Part shown: positions 26,687 through 41,140 of the stretch, in pieces
Layout: every line of letters starts with the position of its first letter
Position numbering within the stretch: the stretch's first letter is position 1
Assembly (NCBI RefSeq): GCF_006345805.1
Contig: NC_043024.1
Coordinates: 3,038,001 to 3,102,000 of the forward strand
DNA: 64,000 nucleotides
Source of the DNA: Octopus sinensis
Taxonomy: Eukaryota
Reading direction: 5' to 3'
Notes under the pieces: model-generated
The model's database searches: none
What the model was told of the DNA's origin: nothing
What the model saw: the letters and a program-made list of their open reading frames with translations, nothing else
Translations under genes and position numbers: made by a program

Positions 26687-26750
<64 letters not shown>

Positions 26751-27757
26751 TTGTTAGCTGAATGTTTTCCTTGACAACTTTTCTTAGTGGTAAGACCGTA
26801 GCAGATCTATTTCTAGCATAAGGGTGTCGACATAGTGGTTATCCCTCTCATACATATATATATCTCTCTCTCTATATATATAGATATAGATATAGATATA
26901 TGTGTGTGTGTGCATATATATATAAATGTGTATTGTTATTTAATGTGTCCTTGCATGTTGGAATGAGTTTGGATAGTTTACCAGGGTCTGATGAAACACA
27001 AGACTGCACCGAGTGCAAACATCCTGTTCTGGCATGGTTCTTATAGCTCAAAGCCCTTCCTAATGCCAGCCCCTCCAGAGAGTGTACAAGGTGCTTTTAT
27101 TCATGACACCAGCACAAGTGAAATGGTTCACAAAACAATGAAAAGGCTTTCGACTGAATGGAGTTGCAGAAGAGAGGATGGTGGCTTTATGCTAAGTGTT
27201 GACTAACTAAAGCATGATAGACAAACAGACACAGGTCCCTTGTTATACAGGAACAAGCTCCATTCACATTGAAGGGTCAGCAATTCTTTATATGGCTGTC
27301 CACGTCCATAAACATCACATGGCCAGACCAGCAGAATCTTCTCTCTTGCTCATTACATCTGATTCTGCATATGTCCAGTTTTTCTCTCTACACATCTGCA
27401 CTGTGCAGTATATGCACTGTGCAGTATATGCACACTGACATTCATAGAACATGCATCTCATCCAACCTAATCCCATTTCTGATTAATTGGGTTTATAACT
27501 CTTTCTGTAATTTTCATTATGTGAACCAGCAAATTTTTTTTTTCACCTGTGTGATTACTTCTACCTGAGACATTAACTTAACCTTTGTAACAGTTTATCT
27601 ATTGATCTCTTGAAACTGATTGGTTATTGGCATGACACAGCTCTATAAACTATCAATTATCGATCTCTCTAAATAGATTGGCTGCAGTTATTACACAGCT
27701 CTGTAAACTACGATTCTAAATCACCTGATATTATTTCTCCTTGTTGTTTGGTTACAG

Positions 27758-27873
27758 AGTGTTTCCATGCAGGCAAAGTATACCATGTAGGAGAGACCTT
27801 TCATTCCATGTGGGGAGAGTGTATGTGCACTCTTGATCATGGGATTCAATGCAAGCATAAGTTAATCAATTAA
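27758..27873 (+). CDS. Novel secreted protein, terminal exon 7: 4-Cys module 3 (ECFHAGKVYHVGETFHSMWGECMCTLDHGIQCKHKLIN*)
   Basis: Acceptor intact. The donor homologous to gtaagt reads ataagt, so the frame runs on to TAA at 27871-27873. ATTAAA at 27891. All four Cys are kept despite many substitutions. Confidence 0.75.
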
Positions 27874-28757
27874 TCTTTATTTTTTTCTTCATTAAATAGC
27901 TGTACTAATTTCAAATCTTTGTTTGGGTAAAACAAGTTGGAGACATTCCAATCAAATCAACCCTTTTAATTATATAAATAATATATAAATATATGCATAT
28001 ATACATATATATATATGTACTTACCTACATATATATTTATATATACATACATATATGGGTACAGGACATAAAAAAAAAACGATGAACACAATGAGAAACG
28101 AAAACATAAAAACAAAAACATAGAAACAAACTTTTTTTCGAACGGGGAAAAAAACCCAAACAAACAGAGAAACGAGATATGCAACATAAAGAATATTCCC
28201 CTTTTTCAGTTTGTCCCTGTTTCATCAACTCCACGTTACGAAAGCAAGGACAAGACGCGACTTCTTTGAAACAATCCTTCCCGCAAAGCAAATTAAATAA
28301 AATTTGTGATTTCTTGCGGAGGGTGAAAGTGGTAACAAGAACAGGAAAGTGAGAACCAAACTGTAAAAAGGAACGGTGAGGGCTGTTAAGCCAAGACGAT
28401 AGGAAAATTATTATGAACGGTAGGAAGACGAGCTTATGAGGGGAGACAGGTATAAGCACGTGTTGTCTTTAGGAAGGTAAAGATTAATAATTTTAATTAA
28501 ACTATTGATAAGTCAAGAAGACAAATATTTCGGTATATTTCCTCAATTGTATATGTCATAACTATTAATTGATTTATCAATGCTTTCTGTTCATAAAATT
28601 ATATATTCGTAGGAGTGGCTGTGTGGTAAATAGCTTGCTTACCGGGTTCAGTCCCACTGCGTGGCACCTTGGGAAAGTGTCTTGTACTATAGTCTCGGGT
28701 CGACCAAAGCCTTGTGAGTGGATTTGGTAGAAGGAAACTGAAAGAAGCCCGTCGTAC

Positions 28758-28803
<46 letters not shown>

Positions 28804-28806
28804 TTG

Positions 28807-28843
<37 letters not shown>

Positions 28844-29088
28844 TGTGTTTGTGTGTTTGTCCCCCCAACATCGCTTGACAACCGATGCTGGTATGTTTAC
28901 GTCCCCGTTACTTAGCGGTTCGGCAAAAGAAACTGATAGAATAAGTACTAGGCTTACAAAGAATAAGTCCTGGGGTCGAGTTGCTCGACTAAAAAGCGGT
29001 GCTCCAGCATGGCCGCAGTCAAATGACTGAAACAAGTAAAAGAGAGTAAAAAAGAGTAAAAGAGAGTATTCACTTGATAATTACGATC

Positions 29089-29641
29089 TTCACCTAAAAA
29101 AGTCTTGCTTTGTGTCTGGTGGGATTGGAAAGAAATTCTGTACTATGAGCTTCCCCCAAGTAACCAGACAATTAATTCTGAGAAATACTGCGCACAACTG
29201 GACGAGTTAAAAGCAGCAATTCAAAAGAAACATCCAGAATTGGCCAACAGGAAGGGTGTTGTTTTCCAACATGATAATGCAAGACTGCACATTTCTTTGA
29301 GAACCAGACAAAAATTGCTGCAGCTTGGCTGGGATGTGTTACTCCACCCTCCATATTCACCAGATATTGCTCCTTCAGAATTCCACTTATTCAGGTCTCT
29401 GCAGAATAGTCTTAATGATAAAATTTCAATTCCTTGGATGACGTAAAAAGATACCTTGATGAATTCTTTGCCATGAAACCAGCTCAATTCTGGGAAGAGG
29501 GTATTTTCAAGTTAAAGGAACGATGGAGATGCATTGTGCAACAAAATGGTTCATAATTGGTTGATTAAAAATGTAATGGCAAGTATTTATTGACCTTTTT
29601 CTTTCCTTTAAAAATCGGCACGAACTTTCCGGACAACCCAA
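29089..29641 (+). pseudogene. Mariner (DD34D-type) transposase C-terminal remnant with 3' TIR
   Basis: LCVWWD...FQHDNARLH...HPPYSPDIAPSEFHLF (third catalytic D is E), frameshift near 29420, TIR ...cgaactttccggacaacccaa|ta. Confidence 0.92.
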
Positions 29642-29952
29642 TACAAATATATGTTTGTATGTGTGTGTGTGAATGTGTATGTGTGTATGAATGTATGTAT
29701 ATATGCATGTATATATATATGTATGTATATATATGGAAATGTATATGTATATGTATGTATGTATGTATATATATATATATATATATATTTGAGTAATTGA
29801 ATGAATTATCTTATTAAGGATAATTCGAAAGATAACCGATACCTGGGTAGCAAATTCACATCAGAAAGAACACGGTTGAAGCTACATCCCTAGGGCATAG
29901 ACTACGTGTCTTCGTGCGGAAATTTGTATGTTTATTCTAAAATTATAAGTAT

Positions 29953-30108
29953 ATGAAAGAATGGAGTTGAACGACTAGTTAACAAATATCCTTTATTCTC
30001 GACATATGTTTCGAAGGCTGCATATTCCTTCGGAATTAGGAATATGTCGAAACATATGTCTAGAATAAAGGATATTTGTTAACTAGTCGTTCAAATCCAT
30101 TCTTTCAT
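29953..30108. repeat. Inverted repeat of about 60 bp, probably a Penelope-type terminal fragment carrying the 3' half of a hammerhead (GAAACATATGTC)
   Basis: 29953-30013 is the reverse complement of about 30047-30108. Confidence 0.5.
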
Positions 30109-30160
30109 TCATATATATATATATATATATATATATACTATGAGAGGATACGAGAGTGTA

Positions 30161-30212
<52 letters not shown>

Positions 30213-30879
30213 GATGAGAGGATACGAGTGTAGAAAGCCGGTAAGCTTCAAACAGTGAGTAGCAGGTATTGAGAACAAAAAGTGAACAGAATACGATAAG
30301 ATACAATAACAATTTATTGACATCGAGAGTTACACACTTTTCCCCCATATCCAAGTTGCGAGGAAATTTGATAAGTCTATGGTTTCTATATAGCTCACAG
30401 TTAGCGACTCAGGCTGCTAAAAATAGGAATAAAAATCCAAACTGCGGAAATGGAGCAGGTAAAATACTTACTACATATGTTTCTTAGCTTGATGCAGTGA
30501 GTTATGCTTAACGTAACTGATCATCAGGCTGAGATTATCTTAATGAAATGAAGGTAACTTTGTCACCAGGAATTTCTAAGTCAGCCACACCATAGTAGTG
30601 AATAAAATTAATTGGAATAGCTTTTCCGATAATTTTTCCATTAATAATTAGATGTTTATAAATCATTTAAATTAAATTTTTATAACATCTAATTATTAAA
30701 GACCAACACAGCACGGACATGAATGAATGTGTATATAGATATCAAAGACAATATGTTAAATAAACATTTATTTAGTCTCGCTACGAAGATCTAACATGCA
30801 TACAAGCAACAAAAGATTTGGAAGCTAAAAGTGAAGGACATTTCGACTAGTTTCATGTTTATTAGTACACATATATATG

Positions 30880-31660
<781 letters not shown>

Positions 31661-32482
31661 TGTCGTTATGATTTTTGTTTTATTTTACGGTGAATATGAA
31701 ATACATATTTTAAAAAACGGAAAGTGTTTAAAATTGCCTTCTGAGATTCTTTGCATCTCAGTTGAAGTAAAAAAGTTCCAAAGAATAATATGTATCGAAA
31801 TCCAACAGGTATTTTCACATAATTGTTTTCAGATGTGTTTTTTTTTGTTTTTAAAAAATTTTTTTTTTATTTCTACGAATAATTCTTCTGATAGAAAGAT
31901 TCATTTAAATGACTGAAAAATACTCCAAATTCTTCCCAAACTCGGGGGGAAATCTCTGATCGTGGGGCTTCAAATCTCATCGTTTCGATTTCGTTCCCGG
32001 GTCGACTTTTTGAATGGCGTCTTCGAGCAGTGAGATGTCAGCTGTGGAAATTAAGAAGAGAAATTTGGTTTGAAATTGGCAAAAAGATTCAATTGTAAAC
32101 AGACATTTACTGTTCTTGAAAGTGACTTTGTTGTTGCTGCTGCAGCTGGGCCTGCCTTCACATGCCAGACTTGAACCAGCAGACAGATGATCAAAAGACG
32201 TTCCAGTTGTGACCATCCCATCTCTTTCGGTGACTTCACACACAAACATACATAAACATGTATGTATGTAGATATATGCATATGCTTATAAATATGTATA
32301 TATATATATGTGTATGTGTGTGTATATGTATATATAAATATATATGTATATCTATCTATCTGTCTTTCTATATATACATACATATATATATGTACATACA
32401 CACATATGTATATATATATATGAACATACACAAACACACACATGTATATAATATATTTCTATATGCATATATATACATACAT

Positions 32483-32559
<77 letters not shown>

Positions 32560-32622
32560 GGTCCCGGGTTGAGTCGGGGTTAACCACAGTAAGTAAGGTA
32601 CTCAATACATAGCAGAGTAAAT

Positions 32623-32754
32623 TAATTTATTTTATAGAAGGAGCTTCTACAGGACTAGAACTGTTTCATTCAAAAGAAATCTTCAGGAAGCTCAGAGCTT
32701 CCTGATGATTTCTTTTGAATGAAACAGTTCTAGTCCTGTAGAAGCTCCTTCTAT

Positions 32755-32760
<6 letters not shown>
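32623..32760. ncRNA. Back-to-back inverted pair of type I hammerhead ribozyme motifs (32641-32693 on -, 32695-32747 on +), Penelope-type inverted terminal repeat
   Basis: Plus strand: gagcttc CTGATGA tttc tttt gaat GAAAC AG ttctagtc CT GTA gaagctc. Stem I is 7 bp, stem III is ACAG/CTGT. A partial copy lies at about 3713-3762. Confidence 0.65.
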
Positions 32761-32789
<29 letters not shown>

Positions 32790-33904
32790 GTCTATCTATT
32801 TATATGTATACAGTATTCAAATTCAAGCTACAACTCTTTTCCTACTGTGAAACTGACAAGCTTTGTGTTTCAAAGCAATCTTTCAAACCCAAATACACAA
32901 TATGACCGTTCGTTTTTGAAAAAAAAAGGAGATGGGGCAAAGACATACATATATACATGCATGCCTCCACACACATGCATACATACATATCATCACCAAT
33001 CTTACCATTCATCAGACAAGGTCCCCCCCCCCACAAGATGTAGTACATTTTGACAAGCACTAAAGATGCGCCTGTGTGTGCAAGATTGCAGTCGATTCAC
33101 CATTTAGTTTACACCAGTACAAATATTACAGACACAAAACCTGCTTCGCCTGTCGTCACCTTCCGATCTCCTCACATCTAGCATCTAGTATCACGTGACA
33201 ACTAAACCTCATCGTCTTTTCTTGGTTCAGTCATATTTCCGACGTGGAGGCGCAATGGCCCAGTGGTTAGGGCAGCGGACTCGCGGTCATAGGATCGTGG
33301 TTTCGATTCCCAGACCGGGCGTTGTGAGTGTTTATTGAGCGAAAACACCTAAAAGCTCCACGAGGCTCCGGCAGGGGATGGTGGTGATCCCTGCTGTACT
33401 CTTTCGCCACAACTTTCTCTCACTCTTACTTCCTGTTTCTGTTGTACCTGTATTTCAAAGGGCCGGCCTTGTCACTCTCTGTGTCACGCTGAATATCCCC
33501 GAGAACTACGTTAAGGGTGCACGTGTCTGTGGAGTGCTCAGCCACTTACACGTTAATTTCACGAGCAGGCTGTTCCGTTGATTCGGATCAACCGGAACCC
33601 CCGTCGTCGTAACCGACGGAGTGCTTCCATCCCATATTTCCGACGAACCCAAGTTTACATTTATCTAAGAAACTTATTAATGAGAAGCCAACGAAATATT
33701 GTCAGAGAAACATATCAAAATGGTTACTTACACTGGATGGACTTGCATATATTGAGTATTCTGTCTTTGTTGTCAACCATTTCCAAAGCCTGGGTGTACG
33801 GGTTATAGCGCACTGCAAACGGTTTGGGTATGGTCCGAGCATACTCTCTAGAGACAGTGTGAAATAAACAATCATTTCAAATCGTGATGAATGAGACACG
33901 AATA

Positions 33905-34703
33905 TATATGCACATACATACATACATACATACATACACACATACATACATACACACATACATGCATACATACATAATACATAAATACATACACACATAC
34001 ATACATACATACATATATACATACATACATACATACATACATACATACATACATGCATGCATACATACATACATACATGCATGCATGCATGCATACATAC
34101 ATACATACATACATACATACATACATACATACATACACACACATACACACACACATACATACATACATACATACATACATACACACACATACATACATAC
34201 ATACATACATACATACATACATACATACATACATACACACATACATACATACATACATAGATACATACACACACACATACATACATACATACATACATAC
34301 ATACATACATACACACACACATACATACATACATACATACATACATTCATACATTCATACATACATACATACATACATATATACATGCATGCATGCATGC
34401 ATGCATACATACATACATACATACATACATACATACACACACACATACATACATACATACATACACACACATACATACATACATACATACATACATACAT
34501 ACATACATGCATGCATGCATGCATACATACATACATACATACATACATACATACACACATACATACATACATACACACATACATACATACATACACACAT
34601 ACATACATACATACATACATGCATGCATGCATACATACATACATACATACATGCATGCATGCATACATACATACATACATACATATATACATACATACAT
34701 ACA

Positions 34704-34737
<34 letters not shown>

Positions 34738-34853
34738 CATACATACATGCATACATGCATACATACATACATACACACATACATACATACATACATATAT
34801 ACATGCATGCATGCATGCATACATACATACATACATACATACATACATGCATG

Positions 34854-34885
<32 letters not shown>

Positions 34886-35071
34886 CATACATACATACAT
34901 GCATACATACATACATACATGCATACATACATACATACATACATACATACATGCATATATACATACATACATACATACATACATGCATACATACATACAT
35001 ACATACATACATACATGCATACATGCATACATATATACATACATACATGCATACATACATACATGCATACA

Positions 35072-35105
<34 letters not shown>

Positions 35106-35140
35106 CATACATACATACATGCATACATACATACATACAT
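33905..35140. repeat. (TACA)n microsatellite of about 1.2 kb abutting the RTE tail
   Basis: Read directly. Confidence 0.97.
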
Positions 35141-37723
35141 CATCATCATCATCATCATCATCATCGTCGTTTAACGTCCGTTCTCCATGCTAGCATGGGT
35201 TGGACGGTTCGACCGGGGTTCTGGGAAGCCAGAAGGCTGCACCAGGCTCCAGTCTAATTTGGCAATGTTTCTACAGCTGGATGCCCTTCCTAACGCCAAC
35301 CACTCCGTGAGTGTAGTGGGTGCTTTTTACGTGCCACCTGCACAGGTGCCAGGCGGGGCTGGCAACGGCCACGGTCAGATTGGTTATTTTATGTGCCACC
35401 GGCACGGAAGCCAGTCGAGGCGGTGCTGGCATCGGCCACGAGTCGGATAGTGCTTTTTACGTACCACCAGACCAGGGATCCTGGCTGGTTCAATTCGATT
35501 TCGATTTCGCTTGCCCCAACATGTCTTCACAAGCAAAGGGGTTGGCAAGGGTGCCTGTCGTACGGTCGCATTGGAGTATTTTACGTGCCACGGCCACGAG
35601 TCGGATAGTGCTTTTTACGTACCACCAGACCAGGGATCCTGGCTGGTTCAATTCGATTTCGATTTCGCTTGCCCCAACATGTCTTCACAAGCAAAGGGGG
35701 TTGGCATGGGTGCCTGTCGTACGGTCGCATTGGAGTATTTTACTGCCACGGCCCCGAGTCGGATAGTGCTTTTTACGTACCACCAGGCCAGGGATCCTGG
35801 CTGGTTCAATTCGGTTTCGATTTCGATTTCGATTTCGCTTGCCCCAACATGTCTTCGCAAGCATGGGGGGTTGGGATGGGTGTCTGTCGTCGGATGAGGT
35901 TCTATATCGACTTCGCTTGCCTCAACCGGTCTTTGTGTCCAAGGGAGGAAAGGCATTCATAAGTGGGCTGGGCTCACTTGTCCTGCCTGGTTTCTCACGT
36001 ACAGAATATTTCCAAAGGTCTCGGTCTCTGGTCATTTCCTCAGTGAGGCCTAAGTTCGAAGGTCGTGCTTCACCACCCTCGTCCAGGTTTTCCTGGGTCT
36101 ACCTCTTCCACGGGTTCCCTCAACTGCTAGGGATTGGCACTTTCTCACACACCTATCTTCATCCATTCTCGCCACATGACCATACCAGCGCAATCGTCTC
36201 TCTTGCACACCACAACTGATGCTTCTTAGGTACAACATTTCTCTCAAGGTGCTAACGCTCTGTCGAGTATGTACACTGACATTACACATCCATCGGAGCA
36301 TACTGGCTTCATTCCTCACGAGCTTACGCATGTCCTCAGCAGTCAAACCCATGTTTCGCTGCCATGTAGCATGGCTGTTCGTACACACGCATCATACAGT
36401 CTGCCTTTTACTCTGAGCGAGAGGCCTTTAGTCACCAGCAGAGGTAAGAGCTACCTAAACTTTGCCCCAGGCTATTCTTATTCTAGCAGTTTACACTTTC
36501 AGCGCACCCCACCCCCTACTGACTTGGTCCCTAGATACGGAAGCTATCAACTACTTCTAGTTTTTTTTTCCCCCTGGAAGATGGACGGAAGTTGTTTTCT
36601 GCAGATTTTCGGAGGTTAATGCTCCCGAGCATCTGCCACATACAAAAACTATCTTCCCAGTTAGCCTACCTTTGACATTGCTGCACCTCTTATGTCCATA
36701 GCTTACATGGGTACCTTATAGAGTTTCTACTACCTACACCTTTTCTACAGATCGAGCAGGGCCATCTTCCTGAAGATATTTGTGGATTGTCCTACCTTTC
36801 TACTTATTAGTACTTTGGTTTTAGCTAGGTTGACTCTAAGGCCCCTTGATTCTAAACCCTCCTTCCACACCTGGAACTTCTCCTCCAGTCTGATAGTGAC
36901 TCAGCAATAAGAGCAAGGTCGTCAGCGTAGAGGAGCTCCCAGGGACAGCCTGTCTTGAATTCCTCCGTAATTGCCTGGAGTACTATGATAAATAGAGGGG
37001 GCTGAGTACTGAACCCTGGTGGACCCCAACCTCTACTTTGAATTCTTCTGTGTACATGTTGCCAACCCTAACCTTACTTACGGCATCTCTGTACATGGCT
37101 TGCACAGTCCTCACCAGCCATTCATCTATCCCTAGTTTCCTCATGACCACCAGATAAGGGATCGGGGGACCCTATCAAAAGCTCTTCTCCATGTCAACGA
37201 AACCAGGTACAGGGGCTTATCTTGGCTAGGTATTTCTCCTGCAGCTGCCTTACCAGGAATATCGCATCATGTACTTTTCCTGGCACGAACCCGAACTGCA
37301 TCTCATCTAAACTAACTCTCTCTCTAATTAGTTGGGCTATGACCCTCTCCGTAACCTTCATTACTTGATCCAACAGCTTGATACCTCTGTAAATATTTGT
37401 ATCTAGGGCTCACCTTACCTTTGTAGCAGTTACTAGTATGCTGCTGCACCATTCATTGGGTATGACTCCTTCGTGTATCACCTGGTTGACTATACGGGTG
37501 ACTAGGTTATAGCCGACACTGCCAGATATTTTGAGCATCTCTGCAGTAATTCCTGATGGTCCTGGGGCTTTCCCTGTCTTCATGCTTCTAATTGCCTTAG
37601 CTACCACGGAACTATCAACTCGGATAGCTGGTCCCTCTTGGGTCAACATTCGGCAGACTCTCTTTATCCCATTCATTTTCCTCATTCAGTAACCTTTCAT
37701 AGTGGCGTCTCCAAGCTTCTCTC
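35140..37723 (-). mobile_element. RTE-clade LINE: degenerate RT and C-terminus plus 3' UTR with (GAT)n tail; 5' part lost in the gap
   Basis: KAPGPSGITAEMLK; WELLYADDLAL (YADD at about 36918-36929); RRLRWYGHVARM...RGRGRPRKTW; frameshifts; tandem repeats in the UTR. Confidence 0.93.
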
Positions 37724-37823
37724 NNNNNNNNNNNNNNNNNNNNNNNNNNNNNNNNNNNNNNNNNNNNNNNNNNNNNNNNNNNNNNNNNNNNNNNNNNNNN
37801 NNNNNNNNNNNNNNNNNNNNNNN
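37724..37823. other. Assembly gap (100 N)
   Basis: Run of N. The flanks are unrelated (RTE on the left, ZNF on the right). Confidence 1.
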
Positions 37824-38953
37824 TCGCCTGAATGAGCACGTTTGTGGTTAGTTAAGTTACTTCCATCAGAGAATGATTTACCACAGGTATCACAGTGATA
37901 TGGTTTCTCACCTGTATGAATACGCTTGTGAGTAGTTAAGCTACTGCTAACAGAGAAGGATTTACCACAGATATCACATTGATATGGTTTCTCCCCTGTA
38001 TGAACCCGTTTGTGTTGAGTTAAGTTACCTTCTTGATAGAATGATTTACCACAGATATCACAGTGGCATTGTTTCTCACCTGTATGAATACGTATGTGAA
38101 TAGCTAAGCTATCATAACGAGAGAATGATTTACCACAGATATCACAGTGATGTGGTTTCTCCCCTGTATGAATACGCTTGTGTTGAGTTAAGTTCCTGCC
38201 CTGATAGAATGATTTACCACAGATATCACAGTGATATGGTTGTTCCCCTGAATGAATACGTTTGTGTCTAGTTAAGCTATTCTTGTAAGAGAATGATTTA
38301 CCACAGATATCACAGGGATATGGTTTCTCTCCTGTATGAATATGTATGTGTCGTGTTAAGTGACTGCTACTTAAGAATGATTTACCACAGATACTACAGT
38401 GATATCGCGCTTTCTCTGTATGAATTTGTTTGTGTTGATTGAATTTACTTTCTTCTAAGAATGACTCTTTGCAGATGTCACAGTCATATGATGATTCTCT
38501 TAATTCTACCGACATCTCTGTATGAATACGCTTATGTTTCGTTAAGTTACCGCTTTGAGAGAATGATTTACCACAGATATCACAGGTAAATGGTTTCTTC
38601 CCTGTATGAATACGTTTGTGAATAGCTAAGAAATTATAACGAGAGAATGATTTACCACAGATATCACAGTGATATGGTTTCTCCCCTGTATGAATACGTT
38701 TGTGAGTAGTTAAGTTAGAGTTTTGAGAGAATGATTTACCACAGATATCACAGGTAAATGGTTTCTTCCCTGTATGAATATGCTTGTGTTTTGTTAAGTT
38801 CCTGCCATGATGGAATGATTTACCACAGATATCACAGGGATATTGTTGTTCCCCTGTATGGATTTGTTTGTGTTGATTGAATTTACTTTCTTCTAAGAAT
38901 GACTCTTTGCAGATGTCACAGTCATATGATGATTTTCCTAATTCTTCCGACAT
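37824..38953 (-). CDS. C2H2 zinc-finger protein, at least 13 tandem fingers, 3' end truncated by the gap
   Basis: Uninterrupted ORF of Y[10 protein letters not shown]5-L-x2-H-x-RIH fingers with TGEKPY linkers. An in-frame stop lies about 10 codons upstream of the ATG. Confidence 0.93.
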
Positions 38954-40234
38954 CTCTTCAAGAAAAATAAAACTGAACCTTCAAGTTGTACAGATCAACA
39001 ACTTTTCAAAAATATTTCTCCTCTCACCAAAATATATGGATATTTTTCTTCTTTTTGTTTTTATAGTTTATTCCAAACAAATATCACTTCTCTTATATTT
39101 CTTCTAAATGTGATCAATGCCAATATTTAAAAATGTTGCAAATACTCTTTGGAAATCTATCAAAGTATATTTAAAAGAGAAAATTATCTCTTGCACATTT
39201 CAGACACAGAAGTAAAGAAATGCTTTCTCTCTCAGAGGAAATATTTTACTGTAATTCAGCAATGTTTTCTAGAAGCAGGATTATACGTTTGTAGAATATC
39301 TTTGCAGAGTCTTTCAAACATGATACATATTGATGATTCTTTAAAAGTAAAAATTACTTTTTAGCCAATTTCATATGATTTTCTGAAAGAATAGAAAAAA
39401 TAATATAAGACATCAAGTATGTTTAAAAGGCAGATATTCAAAAGTGCAAATTTACGACATTTCTGTTTTCCTAAATTGTAGAAGTAATTCTTTATCTGAA
39501 CTATTAAATTTATCCCATTTCTGCATTACCGAAATGTTTATATCATCGAGTAGACACATCTATTATAATACCAACTCCTGGAATATAAAGTCTGTCATAG
39601 ACACACTTCCACACACACCAATATACATATAAATGACACTAGATTTCTGATGTTTTCATTTCAGTCTTGAATCTTTGTTTGCTAAAATAGATATCGCTCT
39701 TTCTCTACCTTCATCATCATCGTTTAACATTTGCTTTCCACACTGGCATGGGTTGTGAGGTTTGACTGTGAGGACTGGCAAGCCATGAAGCTGAACAAGG
39801 TTTCAATCTTATCAGATGGATTTCTACAGCTGGATGCTGTTTGAGCGTGTAGCAGTTGCCTTTTATGTGCCACAGAGCCAGTCAGGTAGCATTGGCATCG
39901 ACCATGCTTGAATGGTGCTTTGTATGTGCCACCGGCATGGGTGCAAGTCAGGCAGCACTAGCATCAATCATGCTCGAATGGTACTTTTTACATGCCACCT
40001 GCATGGGAGCCATATATACAAATACATATATGTCTATACGGTTAGCTCAACGTTAATATTTTGTTGAGCATAAAAGATGAATAAATGTCAGTAAATAATA
40101 TTGATGTCTCACTAACAGCATCAAAATTCTTAGTGGGGAATTTTTAATGTAGGAAAAATTATTGGTTGATGTGGAGAATGAAAGCCAGATTCCTCCAAAG
40201 AGTTTGGCGCGTCCTGAAGAAGGCAATGTGCTGT

Positions 40235-40365
40235 TGAAATGGCCGCTACGTTCACCTGAGCTGACACCTTGCCATTTCTTTCTCAGGGAGGGCCTAGTCT
40301 ATGTCTCCCCTCTTCCTGCAAGCCCAGAGGAAATTAAGCAAAGAATTATTACCATACTGGTCGTG
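40235..40365 (+). pseudogene. Highly degenerate Tc1/mariner transposase fragment
   Basis: WPLRSPELTPCHFFL...VYVSPLPASPEEIKQRI resembles the WPPRSPDLTPCDFFLWG motif. Confidence 0.6.
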
Positions 40366-41028
40366 AGATGTGCGAAAAATAACAGCTAAATAGCTCATAA
40401 ATCACAGTTGATTGTTTTCTTCTTTTGGTTGCATGACCGAACGAATTCTCGTACGCAAAAATTTCTGAAAATTCCCCAAAATAAAAATATGTGACGAGGG
40501 ATTATATTAGGTGCTTAAAGCAGCACTCCACACACACACACAAATTAAATAAATTAGAAAAACATATTAATTCTAACTTTTAATGATGCAAAAGAACCGC
40601 CAGAAATAAAGACTTCCTATTTTTCAAATAAAAGCCGATCCATTTCCTCTCGATACAGATATTTGCTTTTCGTTTCAGTATTTCAAGTGCACACTCGTAT
40701 TTTTATACATTCCCCATTTCTTACTAATTACATCGTAATTTTCCCGCATTTAACGAAATTGTCGAATTTACACGTTAGAAAGAAAGATAAATGTTATCTA
40801 AACAAGGGATTGATCCGACGTTTTTACAAATAATTTAGAAAATAACCAAAAGTGCAATGAAATGTCTAAAAGAAAACGACAACACAATGAAAGTATTAAA
40901 ATTACAGCCTTTCGTATAATTTCGTCTTAGTGAGATTTGTTTTCCTTTTAACTTTCTCAACACATGGAAACAAATAAATGTACATAATACGACACATATA
41001 GAATAGAAATGTTTAAATAAATACTTAC

Positions 41029-41140
41029 ATAGTAATAGATATGGAGAGAAAGAGTGAACGAGGAAGACGTGAGAACTGGAGTCAGAGTGGACAACGACAG
41101 CTTCAAGAGAATTTCTAGATTTCTACAACAAACGTTAATT
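41029..41140 (-). other. Candidate non-coding first exon of the ZNF gene
   Basis: Strong minus-strand donor TAT|GTAAGTA at 41029/41028 in non-repetitive sequence upstream of the ZNF ORF. The link to the ZNF gene is inferred. Confidence 0.35.

Noticed and set aside
32110-32190. Signal-peptide-like stretch LKVTLLLLLQLGLPSHA on the plus strand
   Set aside because: No in-frame ATG or clear splice sites, and stops on both sides.
33702-35257. Multiple ORFs of 200-457 aa (MYVC/HTYI repeats)
   Set aside because: Stop-free frames of the (TACA)n microsatellite.
37697-37823. C-terminus ERSLETPL of the ZNF ORF and other ORFs spanning the Ns
   Set aside because: Chimeric translation across the assembly gap into RTE sequence.
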